Below, one piece after another: positions 21,881 to 32,005 of a DNA stretch of 64,000 nt. The notes below the pieces were generated by a model. It searched no databases, was not told the origin of the DNA, and saw only the letters and a list, made by a program, of their open reading frames with translations. Numbering within the stretch: position 1 is the stretch's first letter; each line of letters opens with the position of its first letter. This DNA is from Truepera sp. (GTDB taxonomy: Bacteria > Deinococcota > Deinococci > Deinococcales > Trueperaceae). The position numbers were made by a program, and so were the translations under genes. The stretch covers positions 1 through 64,000 of the forward strand of contig CBDCKW010000005.1 in the NCBI GenBank assembly GCA_965218435.1, given 5' to 3'.

Positions 21881-22219
21881 ATGCCAAGTATCGAAGCCGA
21901 CAACAGCGTCGTTACACACATCAACGTGTTCACCGTTCCACGCGAAAAACAGCAACTGCTCATCGACTCGCTCGTAGAAACCGTTAACGCAGCGAAAACT
22001 GTACCTGGCTGGCTCTCTGCCAGCATTCACCGAAGTTTCGACGGAACGCAGGTTGTGAACTACGTGCAGTTTGAAAGCCATGAAGCTGCCCAATCGGTGT
22101 TAAGGCATCTCGCCGCGGGTGGTTATCTAAAACGCAATACCGAACTCGGCAGCGTTGCGGGAGGACACTACGAAGTGGTCTATACCCTCGAACAAGAAAA
22201 GGAGCACGAGGACGGATGA
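21881..22219 (+). CDS. Antibiotic biosynthesis monooxygenase (ABM) family protein
   Basis: INVFTV, SASIHRSFDG, VNYVQF. Confidence 0.85.
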   Translation: MPSIEADNSVVTHINVFTVPREKQQLLIDSLVETVNAAKTVPGWLSASIHRSFDGTQVVNYVQFESHEAAQSVLRHLAAGGYLKRNTELGSVAGGHYEVVYTLEQEKEHEDG

Positions 22220-22354
22220 AGCCAGTGCTGGATTGCCCTAACTTGGTTGACAAAGATTGTGCGAAAGCCGCCCCTGATGTCCTTCGGCTTCCTAGTAAGC
22301 AGATTAGGTGAGCGGCGAGACAGATTGTCAGTATTGCTCTGATCTGAGGAGATT

Positions 22355-23203
22355 ATGATGGTATCAAAACAGTCTTCACTACCCCAAGTGCAAACCCTGG
22401 TGTCCGGTCTGGCGATGGGGGAGTCGCCACGTTGGCACGAGGACCGTCTTTGGTTCTCGGACTGGGGAGCCCAAGAAATCATTGCTGTTAATCTTGATGG
22501 TGACCGTGAGGTCGCAGTCCGGACCTCGTTCGGTCTTCCTTTCTGCATTGATTGGCTGCTCGATGGACCTCTGCTCATTGTTTCAGGGCGAGAGGGACTT
22601 CTCCTTCGCAGGGAGGCTGACGGGACGCTGGTGAACCACGCCGACCTGCGTGACCTCTCGAGTAGCGGCTGGAACGAGATTGTTGTAGACGGTCGCGGCA
22701 ACATCTATGTCAATGGTGGCCCGGGCATCATCGTACTTGTCTGTCCCGATGGCGCGGTTCAACAGGTGGCCGATGGCATCGACTTCCCTAATGGTATGGT
22801 CGTGACACCCGATAATACAACCTTGATCATTGCTGAGTCTCATGGCAGGCGGCTTACAGCTTTCGACATCGCTACGGACGGAAGCCTGTCGAACCGGCGT
22901 GTGTGGGCTAATCTCGGCGACGGCGTCCCTGACGGCATCTGTATCGATGCCGACCACGCCGTCTGGTACGCGGACGTCCCCAATAAGCGTTGTGTGCGCG
23001 TCCGTGAAGGGGGCGGGGTGTTACAGACGATCAACCTTGACCGAGGTTGCTTCGCTTGTATGCTCGGGGGCGTAGATAACAGAACGTTGTTCCTGATAGC
23101 GACCGAGTGGCGTGGCATGGAAAACATTCCCGAGGTTATACGCGCGCGAACAGGACAGGTTTTGACCATCGAGGCACTGGCACCGGGCGTCGGATGGCCG
23201 TAG
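22355..23203 (+). CDS. SMP-30/gluconolactonase/LRE family protein
   Basis: GESPRW, FPNG, PDGICID. Confidence 0.92.
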   Translation: MMVSKQSSLPQVQTLVSGLAMGESPRWHEDRLWFSDWGAQEIIAVNLDGDREVAVRTSFGLPFCIDWLLDGPLLIVSGREGLLLRREADGTLVNHADLRDLSSSGWNEIVVDGRGNIYVNGGPGIIVLVCPDGAVQQVADGIDFPNGMVVTPDNTTLIIAESHGRRLTAFDIATDGSLSNRRVWANLGDGVPDGICIDADHAVWYADVPNKRCVRVREGGGVLQTINLDRGCFACMLGGVDNRTLFLIATEWRGMENIPEVIRARTGQVLTIEALAPGVGWP

Positions 23204-23277
23204 AAGAGTGTCTCATAGGGTCTCCCGGCGCGATAGACCACATTATTATTCACCTATCACCAAAGTGTAGAGGAGCA

Positions 23278-23470
23278 ATGATGGAGACAGTCGACCTATA
23301 CACTGATGACGGCGGAACAGAGAGCTTGCTGCCGGTCGTCTTCTTACATTCGACTGCAGGTAACGCGTCGCAGTGGTCCGCGCAGCTCGAGCACCTGCGC
23401 TCGCAGCGGCGCGGTTGCTCTGGAATGGCGCGGTCATGGTTGCTCCGAGACACCCACGATTTTCTTTGAC
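23278..23470 (+). pseudogene. Alpha/beta hydrolase N-terminal fragment
   Basis: PVVFLHSTAGN..W / ALEWRGHG frameshifted and truncated. Confidence 0.65.
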
Positions 23471-23633
23471 AGGGCATCCACTTATCCTACCGTGTATATA
23501 TCACCCAGGGCAGAGAAGGTTTCCGCTGGCCTCGAAACACTTACTTGGGTTATGTGCTACCTTATATTTTAAGGTATTTACCGAGGCTTTGAAGGACAAA
23601 CCATGGTGCAAAACGAAGGGATGGTCACGATTT

Positions 23634-23933
23634 GTGTACGGACTCATCGGGAAGATGACAGCTGTTTCAGGACGACGTGATGATTCGATCTCAGTACTGA
23701 ATAAAGGCATCGAGGCGATGCCAGGGTGTTTAAGCTACATCATTGCAAAAGACCCTTCAGATGACAAAATCCTGTGGATCACCGAGGTCTGGGAGAGCGA
23801 GCAGAGTCATCAAGCGTCGCTAGCTTTACCCTCGGTGCGGCAAGCTATAGAACAGGGAAGGCCACTTATTGCTCATTTCGGCAGTCCCACTGTGACCGAG
23901 CCCGTTGTCGGATACGGATTGACACGTGCCTGA
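23634..23933 (+). CDS. Putative quinol monooxygenase (ABM family)
   Basis: YGLIGKM, PGCLSY, ITEVWES..H.ASL. Confidence 0.85.
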   Translation: MYGLIGKMTAVSGRRDDSISVLNKGIEAMPGCLSYIIAKDPSDDKILWITEVWESEQSHQASLALPSVRQAIEQGRPLIAHFGSPTVTEPVVGYGLTRA

Positions 23934-24113
23934 CATCGATGAGAAGCGCATCCACTCGTTCCGAACGGCAGCTGAGTTTAACCGCTGGCTCGAGGAGCAT
24001 CACGCTGAGGGCAGCGCCAGAAATGAACAAATTCCTGTAGAAGCGTCGGGCGGCTTTGTACCGCTTGGCCACGGCAAGGAGAGTACAAGTCGCGTGAGTG
24101 ACAGGGGGCAGCG

Positions 24114-24479
24114 GTGAAGCACGCCCGCATCAGTGCCTACTTGCTGCTCGTCACCGGTAGCCTGCACACCCTTATCGGATTCGTCGACGGCTACCCGCAG
24201 CTCGCGGCCATGGCCCGTGACGGGCTCTTTAACACGGTCACCACATCGCCTGAACGCGAAGCGATCTTTTGGTTTCTAGTCACTGGCGTCGCGCTCATTC
24301 TTACTGGCTTACTGGCACTCGGCTTCGAGCGCCCGCTACCCGCCTCGTTCGGCTGGGGACTCCTAGCCCTCAGCGTGGTGGGAACCGTCCTCTTGGGTCC
24401 TTCAGGGTTTTTGCTGGTGATTCCGCAAGCTGTATATATCCTCGTCGTGTCACGCCGCACCGTTCAAAGAGCACTTTAG
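24114..24479 (+). CDS. DUF6463-like membrane protein
   Basis: LH..G, FWFLVTG, PSGF. Confidence 0.6.
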   Translation: MKHARISAYLLLVTGSLHTLIGFVDGYPQLAAMARDGLFNTVTTSPEREAIFWFLVTGVALILTGLLALGFERPLPASFGWGLLALSVVGTVLLGPSGFLLVIPQAVYILVVSRRTVQRAL

Positions 24480-24534
24480 GTCAGCTTCCGTAGGGTGCCG
24501 TTGGCCCTTAACCGATGAAAGGATACATGAATAA

Positions 24535-24936
24535 ATGGCTTCTATCTACAAGGAAATCCTGGTCGAGGTTGATCCCGAACAGGTGTGGGAGGCAGTTCGC
24601 GATGTTGGCGCAGTTCATAGGCGTCTTGTCTCGGGCGTATTGGTCGATGCGTATCTCGAAAGAGACGCAAGGGTCGTAACGTTTGCCAATGGCATGATGG
24701 TCCGTGAGCTGATCGTCACGCTCGACGACGATGCGCGCCGGTTCGTATATGCGTCGGTTGGCGGACGGGCTACCCACCACAACGCCTCGTTCCAAGTTTT
24801 TGATGCAGGTGGGGGCAGTACTCGGTTGATGTGGATTACGGACGTGCTACCCGACGAGATGGCCGCCTCTGTCAGTGCGTTGGTGGAGCAAGGTGCCGCC
24901 GCTATCAAGCAGACGCTCGAGCGGAAGGATGAGTAA
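24535..24936 (+). CDS. SRPBCC (polyketide cyclase-like) protein
   Basis: VWEAVRD.GA.H.RL, HHNAS, WITDVLP. Confidence 0.88.
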   Translation: MASIYKEILVEVDPEQVWEAVRDVGAVHRRLVSGVLVDAYLERDARVVTFANGMMVRELIVTLDDDARRFVYASVGGRATHHNASFQVFDAGGGSTRLMWITDVLPDEMAASVSALVEQGAAAIKQTLERKDE

Positions 24937-24959
24937 AACGACATCGGCTTCTACGTGCG

Positions 24960-25229
24960 CGACTATGAGTTTACATCAATGCTTTTGACGTGCTTACGCC
25001 ACCCAACCCCGACTACCGCGAGTTAATCCGCAGCATCCGCACCCCAATCCTTTTGGTTATTGAAGGCAGAGGTCTTGTTTCACTTGAAACGGCTCAAGCA
25101 TTGCAAGGTCTTAACCCGCGCCTAAGCTACGAGCTGATAGCAGATGTCGGTCATGGTCTGCCGTATGATCAACCGGAACGTCTGGGAGCAATGGTCAAAG
25201 CCTTCTTACAGTCGTTGGTCACAATGTAA
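24960..25229 (+). pseudogene. Alpha/beta hydrolase C-terminal fragment
   Basis: PILLV..GHGLPYDQPE. Confidence 0.6.
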
Positions 25230-25352
25230 CGCGCCCTTTGGAAGCTTTCGTGAGTTAAGTAGGTTGTGACCCCTGTTTTTGTCACATAGAACTCTGGTGA
25301 TGGAGGTTCTGTCCTTCAACTCCCAAAAAGATTAGACATCAAAACATACATC

Positions 25353-25388
25353 TTGACTTGTATTCCCATATAAGAATATAATGACGAC
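25353..25388 (+). promoter_or_regulatory. Leaderless promoter with ArsR operator
   Basis: TTGACT..TATAAT-6nt-ATG; palindrome TATTCCCATATAAGAATA. Confidence 0.7.
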
Positions 25389-25730
25389 ATGGCACGCAAG
25401 GCAACTACCTCGGATGTGTTCAACGCGGTCGGCGAAGCCCAAAGGCGCGACATTCTGGGGTTGCTCGAGGGCGGCGAGCGGTCAGTGAACGAACTTGTCG
25501 AGGTGCTCGGTGCCAGGCAGCCCCAAGTCTCCAAACACCTCAAAGTCTTAAAGGAGGTCGGCCTAGTTAGTGTGCGTAGCGAAGGTCAGCAGCGGCTATA
25601 CCGGCTGAACGGTGAAGCCCTCAAACCGATTTATGACTGGAGCAAATCTTTTGAGCATTTGTGGGCGGAGCGGTTAGACCGGTTGGACGCATATCTCGAG
25701 GAGCTAAAGAAAGGTGGGCATAAAGAATGA
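25389..25730 (+). CDS. ArsR family regulator
   Basis: DVFNAV..RRDIL, QPQVSKHL. Confidence 0.92.
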   Translation: MARKATTSDVFNAVGEAQRRDILGLLEGGERSVNELVEVLGARQPQVSKHLKVLKEVGLVSVRSEGQQRLYRLNGEALKPIYDWSKSFEHLWAERLDRLDAYLEELKKGGHKE

Positions 25731-26212
25731 GTGGGAACAGCCAGGCTACGACGTTGACCCTGCCGTCGGACCGGGAGATTGTGATTACGCGCAACTTTGG
25801 TGCGCCGCGCCAGCTTGTGTTTGAGGCGTGGACGAAGCCAGAACACGTGCGGCAGTGGTACGGCATGGAGCCATTCACCATGACGGTATGCGAAATCGAC
25901 CTGCGGGTCGGCGGCCACTGGCGCTATGTGCTGCGCGCACCCGACGGCAGCGAACACGGCTTTTTCGGCACCTATCACGAGATCACGCCGCCCGAACGCC
26001 TGGTGTACACCGAGGGGTATGAGGGGTTGCCACCGGGTCATGACTGCAGAGTTACCACCACCTTCGACGAGCAAGACGGCAAGACAACGTTGAAGAGTCT
26101 TCTGTTCTACCGCTCGAAGGAGGATCGCGACGCTCATATCGCTTCAGGGATGGAGGTGGGAATGCGTGAGACATTAGATCGGCTCGAGGCGCAGCTCGCG
26201 ACAATGGCCTAA
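25727..26212 (+). CDS. SRPBCC/AHSA1 protein
   Basis: EIVITR.F.APR.LVFEAWT, DLRVGG; ATGA coupling to arsR. Confidence 0.92.
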   Translation: MSGNSQATTLTLPSDREIVITRNFGAPRQLVFEAWTKPEHVRQWYGMEPFTMTVCEIDLRVGGHWRYVLRAPDGSEHGFFGTYHEITPPERLVYTEGYEGLPPGHDCRVTTTFDEQDGKTTLKSLLFYRSKEDRDAHIASGMEVGMRETLDRLEAQLATMA

Positions 26213-26238
26213 ACGCAACCTTAAGAGGAGGAACCGAG

Positions 26239-26967
26239 ATGGACTACAAGACCCGTACAACGCCTGACTTAAAAAGTAGGGGAGAGACCCCGACAACAGC
26301 TGGATCAGGTATCGTCACGAAACCACCCTCAACCCTTGAAGCATATGCGGCTAGAACAGCAATCTTTTCCGGCGTGCTCTTTGCTGTTCTGCTGCTCAGC
26401 TTGCATGTGTTCGAGCCGGAATTTGACCCTACCTGGCGCTTTGTCAGCGAATACATGCTGAGCGACTTCGGCTGGCTGATGCACTTGGCTTTCCTGACAC
26501 TGGCTGTGAGTATGGCGAGTGCCGGGGTCGCGGTTTTATCCCAAGTCCGCATCTGGACTGGGTACCTCGGCCTTACTGTTCTGGGGATTGCCGCCGTCGG
26601 TATCCTCATCGCCGCCATCTTCACGACAGACCCGGCCATCACGAGCCGGAGTCAAGCGGCTGCGACGTTCAGCGGCACCATGCACGTGTTCGGGGCCTCG
26701 CTCGACTACACGCCCGTGGCAGCCCTGTTGCTGAGTTTCAGCTTGGCGCGTAACCAGGCTTGGCGGCCCGTTCGCCGTCGGCTTTTTCTCACCGCTGGGA
26801 TCACACTGGCCTTGATGGCAGCCTTTATGGCCGTGCTGCCCTATGACGGCACCCTCCGCCCCGGCATGATCGCCGGTTTAGTGGGTCGGTTGCTGCTCCT
26901 CTCCTACCTCGGGTGGTTCACAGCCGTAGGTTTGCACGTCCTCAAGGTGCACAAGCAAAACGCGTAA
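26239..26967 (+). CDS. DUF998 membrane protein
   Basis: DPTWRFVSEY, FTTDP, H, GR. Confidence 0.8.
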   Translation: MDYKTRTTPDLKSRGETPTTAGSGIVTKPPSTLEAYAARTAIFSGVLFAVLLLSLHVFEPEFDPTWRFVSEYMLSDFGWLMHLAFLTLAVSMASAGVAVLSQVRIWTGYLGLTVLGIAAVGILIAAIFTTDPAITSRSQAAATFSGTMHVFGASLDYTPVAALLLSFSLARNQAWRPVRRRLFLTAGITLALMAAFMAVLPYDGTLRPGMIAGLVGRLLLLSYLGWFTAVGLHVLKVHKQNA

Positions 26968-27033
26968 CGCTACAGCTTGAACCTAGACACAGGTGCACCG
27001 AAACTTAGCCATCTTCCCAAAAGGAGTAGACGC

Positions 27034-27477
27034 ATGGCAAACGAGACACTCACCCCTAATCCTGACCTTCAGACCCTCGCCCGACTGGTCGGTACCTGGC
27101 AGGTGTCCGGCGACGCGCAAGGACAGAGCCGCTACGAGTGGACCGAAGGCGGATTCTTCCTCGTGCAGCACTTCGACCTTGTACGTGAGGGCCGACCGAT
27201 CAGGGGCATCGAACTCATCGGACACCTTCGGCCCCTCGAGGGCGAGCCCAGTGAAGAGATTTGGACGCGGGTCTACAGCTTTACGGACGGCCTGACACTC
27301 GACTATGTGTACGAACTTAACGGCGACACCCTCACGATCTGGGGTGGGGGCAAAGGGTCGCCAGCTTATTACCAGGGTACGTTTAGCGCCGACGGTACCA
27401 GTGTGACCGGTGCCTGGCACTGGCCCGGCGGCGGCTACACAGCTGACATGACCAGGGTCACGGAGTCTGCTGCGTGA
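27034..27477 (+). CDS. DUF1579-like protein (paralog 3)
   Basis: PNPDL..LVGTW, YEW.EGGFF, W.WPGGGY. Confidence 0.65.
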   Translation: MANETLTPNPDLQTLARLVGTWQVSGDAQGQSRYEWTEGGFFLVQHFDLVREGRPIRGIELIGHLRPLEGEPSEEIWTRVYSFTDGLTLDYVYELNGDTLTIWGGGKGSPAYYQGTFSADGTSVTGAWHWPGGGYTADMTRVTESAA

Positions 27478-27574
27478 CCTACGGCCCTCCTCAGGGCAAA
27501 CTTGGGCGCGACCTTCGCACACAAACTGCGGGGTCGCACCCGCCTCTGCTGATGCTTGTTCCGGAGAATACTAA

Positions 27575-28063
27575 GTGATTTCGTTGCGGCAGGCGACTAC
27601 AGCCGATTTTGAAGCCATCTGGCAGATATTCCGTGAGATTACCGACACCTACCCAGACGACTCCACCTGCACGCCTGACGAAGCGCAGCAGCTGTGGCTT
27701 GGCAAAGGCGTCTTCACGGTGGTCGCCTCTACAGATGAGAACGTTGTCGGGGCTTACAAGTTGGCCCCGAATATGCCTGGGCGGGGTGCCCATGTCGCAA
27801 ACGGCTCCTACATCGTCGCTGCTGACTATCGCGGGCGTGGTATCGGTCGCCTGCTTGTCGAGCATTCCCTTAGGGAGGCCAAGCGAGCTGGCTACCACGC
27901 CATCCAGTTCAACTTCGTGATAAGCACGAATGATGCGGCTGTCAATCTCTATCAATCATTGGGCTTTCAAACGCTTGCAACCCTTCCAAAAGCGTATCGT
28001 CACGGCACCCTCGGCTACGTTGACGTTTATGTCATGTACCGATCGCTAGAGCATGAAGCTTGA
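27575..28063 (+). CDS. GNAT N-acetyltransferase
   Basis: RGRGIGR, QFNFVISTN..AV.LY..LGF. Confidence 0.92.
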   Translation: MISLRQATTADFEAIWQIFREITDTYPDDSTCTPDEAQQLWLGKGVFTVVASTDENVVGAYKLAPNMPGRGAHVANGSYIVAADYRGRGIGRLLVEHSLREAKRAGYHAIQFNFVISTNDAAVNLYQSLGFQTLATLPKAYRHGTLGYVDVYVMYRSLEHEA

Positions 28064-28303
28064 GGGTTTTTGTCAAGTCGAGAGAAGGAGAGGGCAGATG
28101 AGCACGAAAGGCAACTCTACTTCAACACCGAGGAGCGGGTCACCTGTCGAGCCATAGCAAACGCCCAGAGCGACCGCAACGCGTACCTTCTGCCATGTGC
28201 TCGTCTACACCGCCTCGCACACCACCGTCTTTAGGACAAGGTAGATAGAAACGCCGCTCATTACCTACAACAGAGTTCTTTACACGCAACGTCATCCATA
28301 TCC

Positions 28304-28361
28304 ACACTTAGGTATTGACCTAAGTGTTTTGATATTGTATACTTAGTCAAGTGCCTAAGTA
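28304..28361 (+). promoter_or_regulatory. Double ArsR operator and leaderless promoter
   Basis: ACACTTAGGT-ATTG-ACCTAAGTGT and ATACTTAG..CTAAGTAT overlapping TATACT and the GTG start. Confidence 0.75.
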
Positions 28362-28695
28362 TCTACAAGAGTTCGATCAGACCTTTCAAGCGCTTGCTGA
28401 CCCGACCCGGCGGCAAGTCCTGGAAAGACTCAGCCGAGGTTCCGCCACCGTCACGGAGCTAGCAGAACCTTTTGACATGGCACTGCCCTCATTTATGCAG
28501 CACCTGCAGGTGCTGGAAAGGAGTCAGCTCGTGAGTTCGGAGAAAGTTGGACGCGTGCGCACCTTCCGGCTCGTACCTCAGAAGATCAAAAGCGCAGAGT
28601 CGTGGCTGCAAGCGCAACTCGATGGGTGGCAGCGCAGGCTAGATCAATTCGATACCTATGTCAAAGAGTTAGCCGATGAGGAGAGTCATGAGTAA
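28351..28695 (+). CDS. ArsR family regulator
   Basis: FQALADPTRR, QHLQVLE. Confidence 0.92.
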   Translation: MPKYLQEFDQTFQALADPTRRQVLERLSRGSATVTELAEPFDMALPSFMQHLQVLERSQLVSSEKVGRVRTFRLVPQKIKSAESWLQAQLDGWQRRLDQFDTYVKELADEESHE

Positions 28696-29173
28696 CGCTT
28701 CGTATTTCGATGTCGATCCCTCGCTGGATTTAGTTTTGGAGCGTGAGCTCGACGTACCTCGAGAGATCGTCTGGCGCGCCTGGACACAAGCCGAACACGT
28801 CAAAAGATGGTACGCCCCCGCACCTATGACCGTGGCTGAATGTGAGATCGACTTGTACCCGGGCGGTAGGTTTTACACCGTGATGCAAACCCCCGACGGG
28901 CAAACGTTTCCTGGCACGAGCTGCTACATCGAGATCGCGCCTAACGAGAGACTTGTCTTCACAAACGCGCTCGCCCCAGGCTACCGCCCAAGCAAACAAC
29001 CCTTCTTCACGGCCATAGTAGTGCTCGAGCAAACAACGACGGGCACCAAGTACACCGCCGTCGCCAAGCATAAGGATCAGGCCGGCCGACAGCAGCATGA
29101 AGATATGGGATTTCACGAGGGGTGGGGGTTATGTCTCGACCAGCTCGTCACCGTCGCAAAAGGGTTGAAGTAA
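28688..29173 (+). CDS. SRPBCC/AHSA1 protein
   Basis: LDLVLER, HEDMGFHEGW. Confidence 0.92.
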   Translation: MSNASYFDVDPSLDLVLERELDVPREIVWRAWTQAEHVKRWYAPAPMTVAECEIDLYPGGRFYTVMQTPDGQTFPGTSCYIEIAPNERLVFTNALAPGYRPSKQPFFTAIVVLEQTTTGTKYTAVAKHKDQAGRQQHEDMGFHEGWGLCLDQLVTVAKGLK

Positions 29174-29344
29174 GCATGTCATCAAACCGAAACGTTCGTT
29201 CCTAGCAGCAAACCTCTGCCGCAATTAACAGCTACCGTCTCGCCTTTTCTTGACGGTCACGGGCTGGAAAGCACGTGACCTGATAGGAAAATGGACAACA
29301 TGCCGCCCGAAGCCTTGAAGAATTATTTACAGGAGAAGACTTAC

Positions 29345-30124
29345 ATGGAAACAGTTACTTCCAAAGATGGCACAACGATTGCATTCGATAAGTCAGGTCA
29401 GGGAGCCCCCGTCATTCTGGTATGCGGTGGGTCGGTCGACCACACCTCGAATGCACCGCTGGCGGCACGCCTCGCAGAGCACTTCACCGTTTACAACTAC
29501 CACCGCCGGGGTCGGGGGGAGAGTGGCGACACGCAGCCCTACGCAGTAGAACGCGAAGTCGAAGATATTGAGGCCGTCGTTGAGGCGGCGGGCGGTTCGG
29601 CCTTCCTGTACGGCACCTCTTCGGGGGCGGCTCTGGCACTCGAGGCCACTCGCCAGCTTCCTACCAAGATAACGAAGCTGGCGATGTGGGAACCGCCCTA
29701 CCTCCTCGACGAAGGTCGCCGCCCTCCAGCCGACACCGCGAGCGTTTACCGGGAGCTGGTCGCCGAGGGATGTCGGGGTGACGCTGCCGAGTACTTCATG
29801 ACTCAGGTCGTCAGGATGCCACCCGAATTCGCCGCGAACGCGCGAAGCCAGCCCTGGTGGGCGGCGCAAGAGGCTTTAGCCCACACCCTCGCTTACGACG
29901 CCACCGTCATGGGTGACTATTCCTTGCCCGCCGAGCGCATCGCCGAGGTTGAAACCCCTACCCTCGTCATGGACGGCAGCGCGAGCTTCCCCTTCATGCA
30001 CGAAACGGCGGACGCCGTTGCCGAACTGCTTTCCAGGGGACAACGCCGCACCTTAGACGGCCAGCAACATAACGTTGACCCGACAGTCCTTGCACCTGCG
30101 TTGGTCGAGTTCTTCGATTCTTAA
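29345..30124 (+). CDS. Alpha/beta hydrolase
   Basis: SKDGTTIAF, GTSSG, QH. Confidence 0.9.
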   Translation: METVTSKDGTTIAFDKSGQGAPVILVCGGSVDHTSNAPLAARLAEHFTVYNYHRRGRGESGDTQPYAVEREVEDIEAVVEAAGGSAFLYGTSSGAALALEATRQLPTKITKLAMWEPPYLLDEGRRPPADTASVYRELVAEGCRGDAAEYFMTQVVRMPPEFAANARSQPWWAAQEALAHTLAYDATVMGDYSLPAERIAEVETPTLVMDGSASFPFMHETADAVAELLSRGQRRTLDGQQHNVDPTVLAPALVEFFDS

Positions 30125-30165
30125 TTCGGTTTCAAGTCTCAAACCATCAGTGAAAGGAAAAAGTT

Positions 30166-30846
30166 ATGCAACAAACTTTTTCAAATGACCCAAGCAACCG
30201 TGCAGCCTCGAATGCGAGGTTAACAAAAACCCTCCTCGCTTGTGCCGTCATTGCTGGCCCTCTTTATCTCGTCGTGGGCTTGGTTCAAGCGTTTACGCGC
30301 CCTGGCTTCGACATTACCCGGCACGACCTCAGCTTGCTGAGCAATGGTTCTCTGGGATGGATTCACATCACGAACTTTGTCGTTACAGGTCTGCTCGTCA
30401 TGGCTGGAGCCGTGGGGATGAAGCGGGCGCTGCAGGGCAGTCGCGGCGGAACCTGGGGACCGTTGCTCATCGGCGTCTACGGTTTGGGCCTCATCGGTGC
30501 AGGCATCTTTGTTGCCGACCCGGCCTTGGGTTCTCCGCTAGGAACCCCCACCGACGCGAACGCCATCAGCGGGCACGGTCTGCTGCACTTCGTCTGTGGT
30601 GGCTTGGGCTTTCTCGCCTTCATCGCCGCGTGTTTCGTGTTTGCCCGCCGCTTTGCTGCGTCAGGACAAAAGGGATGGCAAGTGTTCTCTGTCGTCACGG
30701 GGCTCATCTTTTTAGCCGGTTTCTTCGGAATTGCCGCAGGGTCGGGCAATGGCTGGACCCTCCTGGGTTTCTGGATTGCAGTCATCGTCGCTTGGGCGTG
30801 GCTTTCGGTAGTGTCGGGTCGGTTACGCCGAGAGATTGCTTACTAG
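30166..30846 (+). CDS. DUF998 membrane protein
   Basis: RPGFD..RH.LSLL, F.ADP, H. Confidence 0.85.
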   Translation: MQQTFSNDPSNRAASNARLTKTLLACAVIAGPLYLVVGLVQAFTRPGFDITRHDLSLLSNGSLGWIHITNFVVTGLLVMAGAVGMKRALQGSRGGTWGPLLIGVYGLGLIGAGIFVADPALGSPLGTPTDANAISGHGLLHFVCGGLGFLAFIAACFVFARRFAASGQKGWQVFSVVTGLIFLAGFFGIAAGSGNGWTLLGFWIAVIVAWAWLSVVSGRLRREIAY

Positions 30847-30944
30847 GTAGTGGAGAGGGTCACAGGGCTGAGGCAATAAGGCAGCATCACCATACTCGTT
30901 CAACACAACACTTAAAAAGGCTATCCAAAGCCAGGGAGGATTGT

Positions 30945-31877
30945 ATGAAAAACGTAGCTGCAAAACCCGGTATCCACCTCGAGTTCAAGCTAATGAGGCC
31001 GCTGACTGCTTTCGTAGCACTAGGTTTGGCCACCCAAACGTTGGGTCTTGCTCAAACTGAAGGAACGGAGATGAACAACGTTCAAGGCAAGTACGCGGAA
31101 GTGAACGGCCTGAACTTATACTACGAAATCCACGGCACGGGTAAGCCCCTTGTCTTGCTGCATGGTGGTGTCGGCGCTCTCGAGATGTTTGGTGAAGTGT
31201 TGCCCATGCTGGCTGAACATCATCAGGTCATCGCGGTGGATTTACAGGCGCACGGACGCACCGTCGACATCGACCGCCCCCTCTCTTACGAGGTGATGGC
31301 CGACGACGTTGCGGCGCTTATCACACACCTCGGCTTTGAAAAGGCTGACGTGATGGGGTACTCGCTCGGAGGTAGCGTCGTGCTAAGAACGGCGATTCAA
31401 CATCCCGACGTGGTGCGTAAACTCGTCGTCGTGTCGGCAGCCTTCAAGCAAGATGGTTGGTATCCCGAGATTCTTGCAGGCGAAGCTCAGATGAACGCTC
31501 AAGCAGCCGAGGCCATGAAACCCACACCGCTTTATCAGCTCTATGCCAGCCTTGCGCCACGCGTCGAGGATTGGCCCATGCTGATTACGAAGTTGGGTGA
31601 CCTCTTGAAGCAAGACTATGATTGGTCGCAGGAAGTGGCCGCCATTAAAGCGCCGACGCTCCTCGTTTTTGGCGATGCGGACGCGGTTCGTACCTCTCAC
31701 GCAGTAGCGTTTTTCGACCTGCTCGGCGGCGGTCAAAAAGATGGCGGCTATGACGGCTCGGCGATGTCTGCTTCACGGCTGGCGATTCTGCCGGGAATAA
31801 CGCACTACACCATCTTCTCGTCTCCTGAACTGGCAGCAACGGTCATTCCCTTTCTCGACGCGCCTATGTCCCAGTAG
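30945..31877 (+). CDS. Alpha/beta hydrolase with signal peptide
   Basis: GGAGG RBS; LLHGG, GYSLGG, PGITH. Confidence 0.88.
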   Translation: MKNVAAKPGIHLEFKLMRPLTAFVALGLATQTLGLAQTEGTEMNNVQGKYAEVNGLNLYYEIHGTGKPLVLLHGGVGALEMFGEVLPMLAEHHQVIAVDLQAHGRTVDIDRPLSYEVMADDVAALITHLGFEKADVMGYSLGGSVVLRTAIQHPDVVRKLVVVSAAFKQDGWYPEILAGEAQMNAQAAEAMKPTPLYQLYASLAPRVEDWPMLITKLGDLLKQDYDWSQEVAAIKAPTLLVFGDADAVRTSHAVAFFDLLGGGQKDGGYDGSAMSASRLAILPGITHYTIFSSPELAATVIPFLDAPMSQ

Positions 31878-32005
31878 TCTGACGATGAAGTTCATCGTCA
31901 GCGCCAGTTTCAAACTGCCCGGCGGTGACTCCCCTCACCTAGAAGCGAGAGGAGCGCCTACGGTGCAAGCGTTTCGTTCCATGATTCAAGCAGATTGGAC
32001 TTGAG

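Noticed and set aside
30240..31877. 545-aa ORF as a single long protein
   Set aside because: The N-terminal part is an off-frame shadow of the DUF998 gene; the real start with an RBS is at 30945
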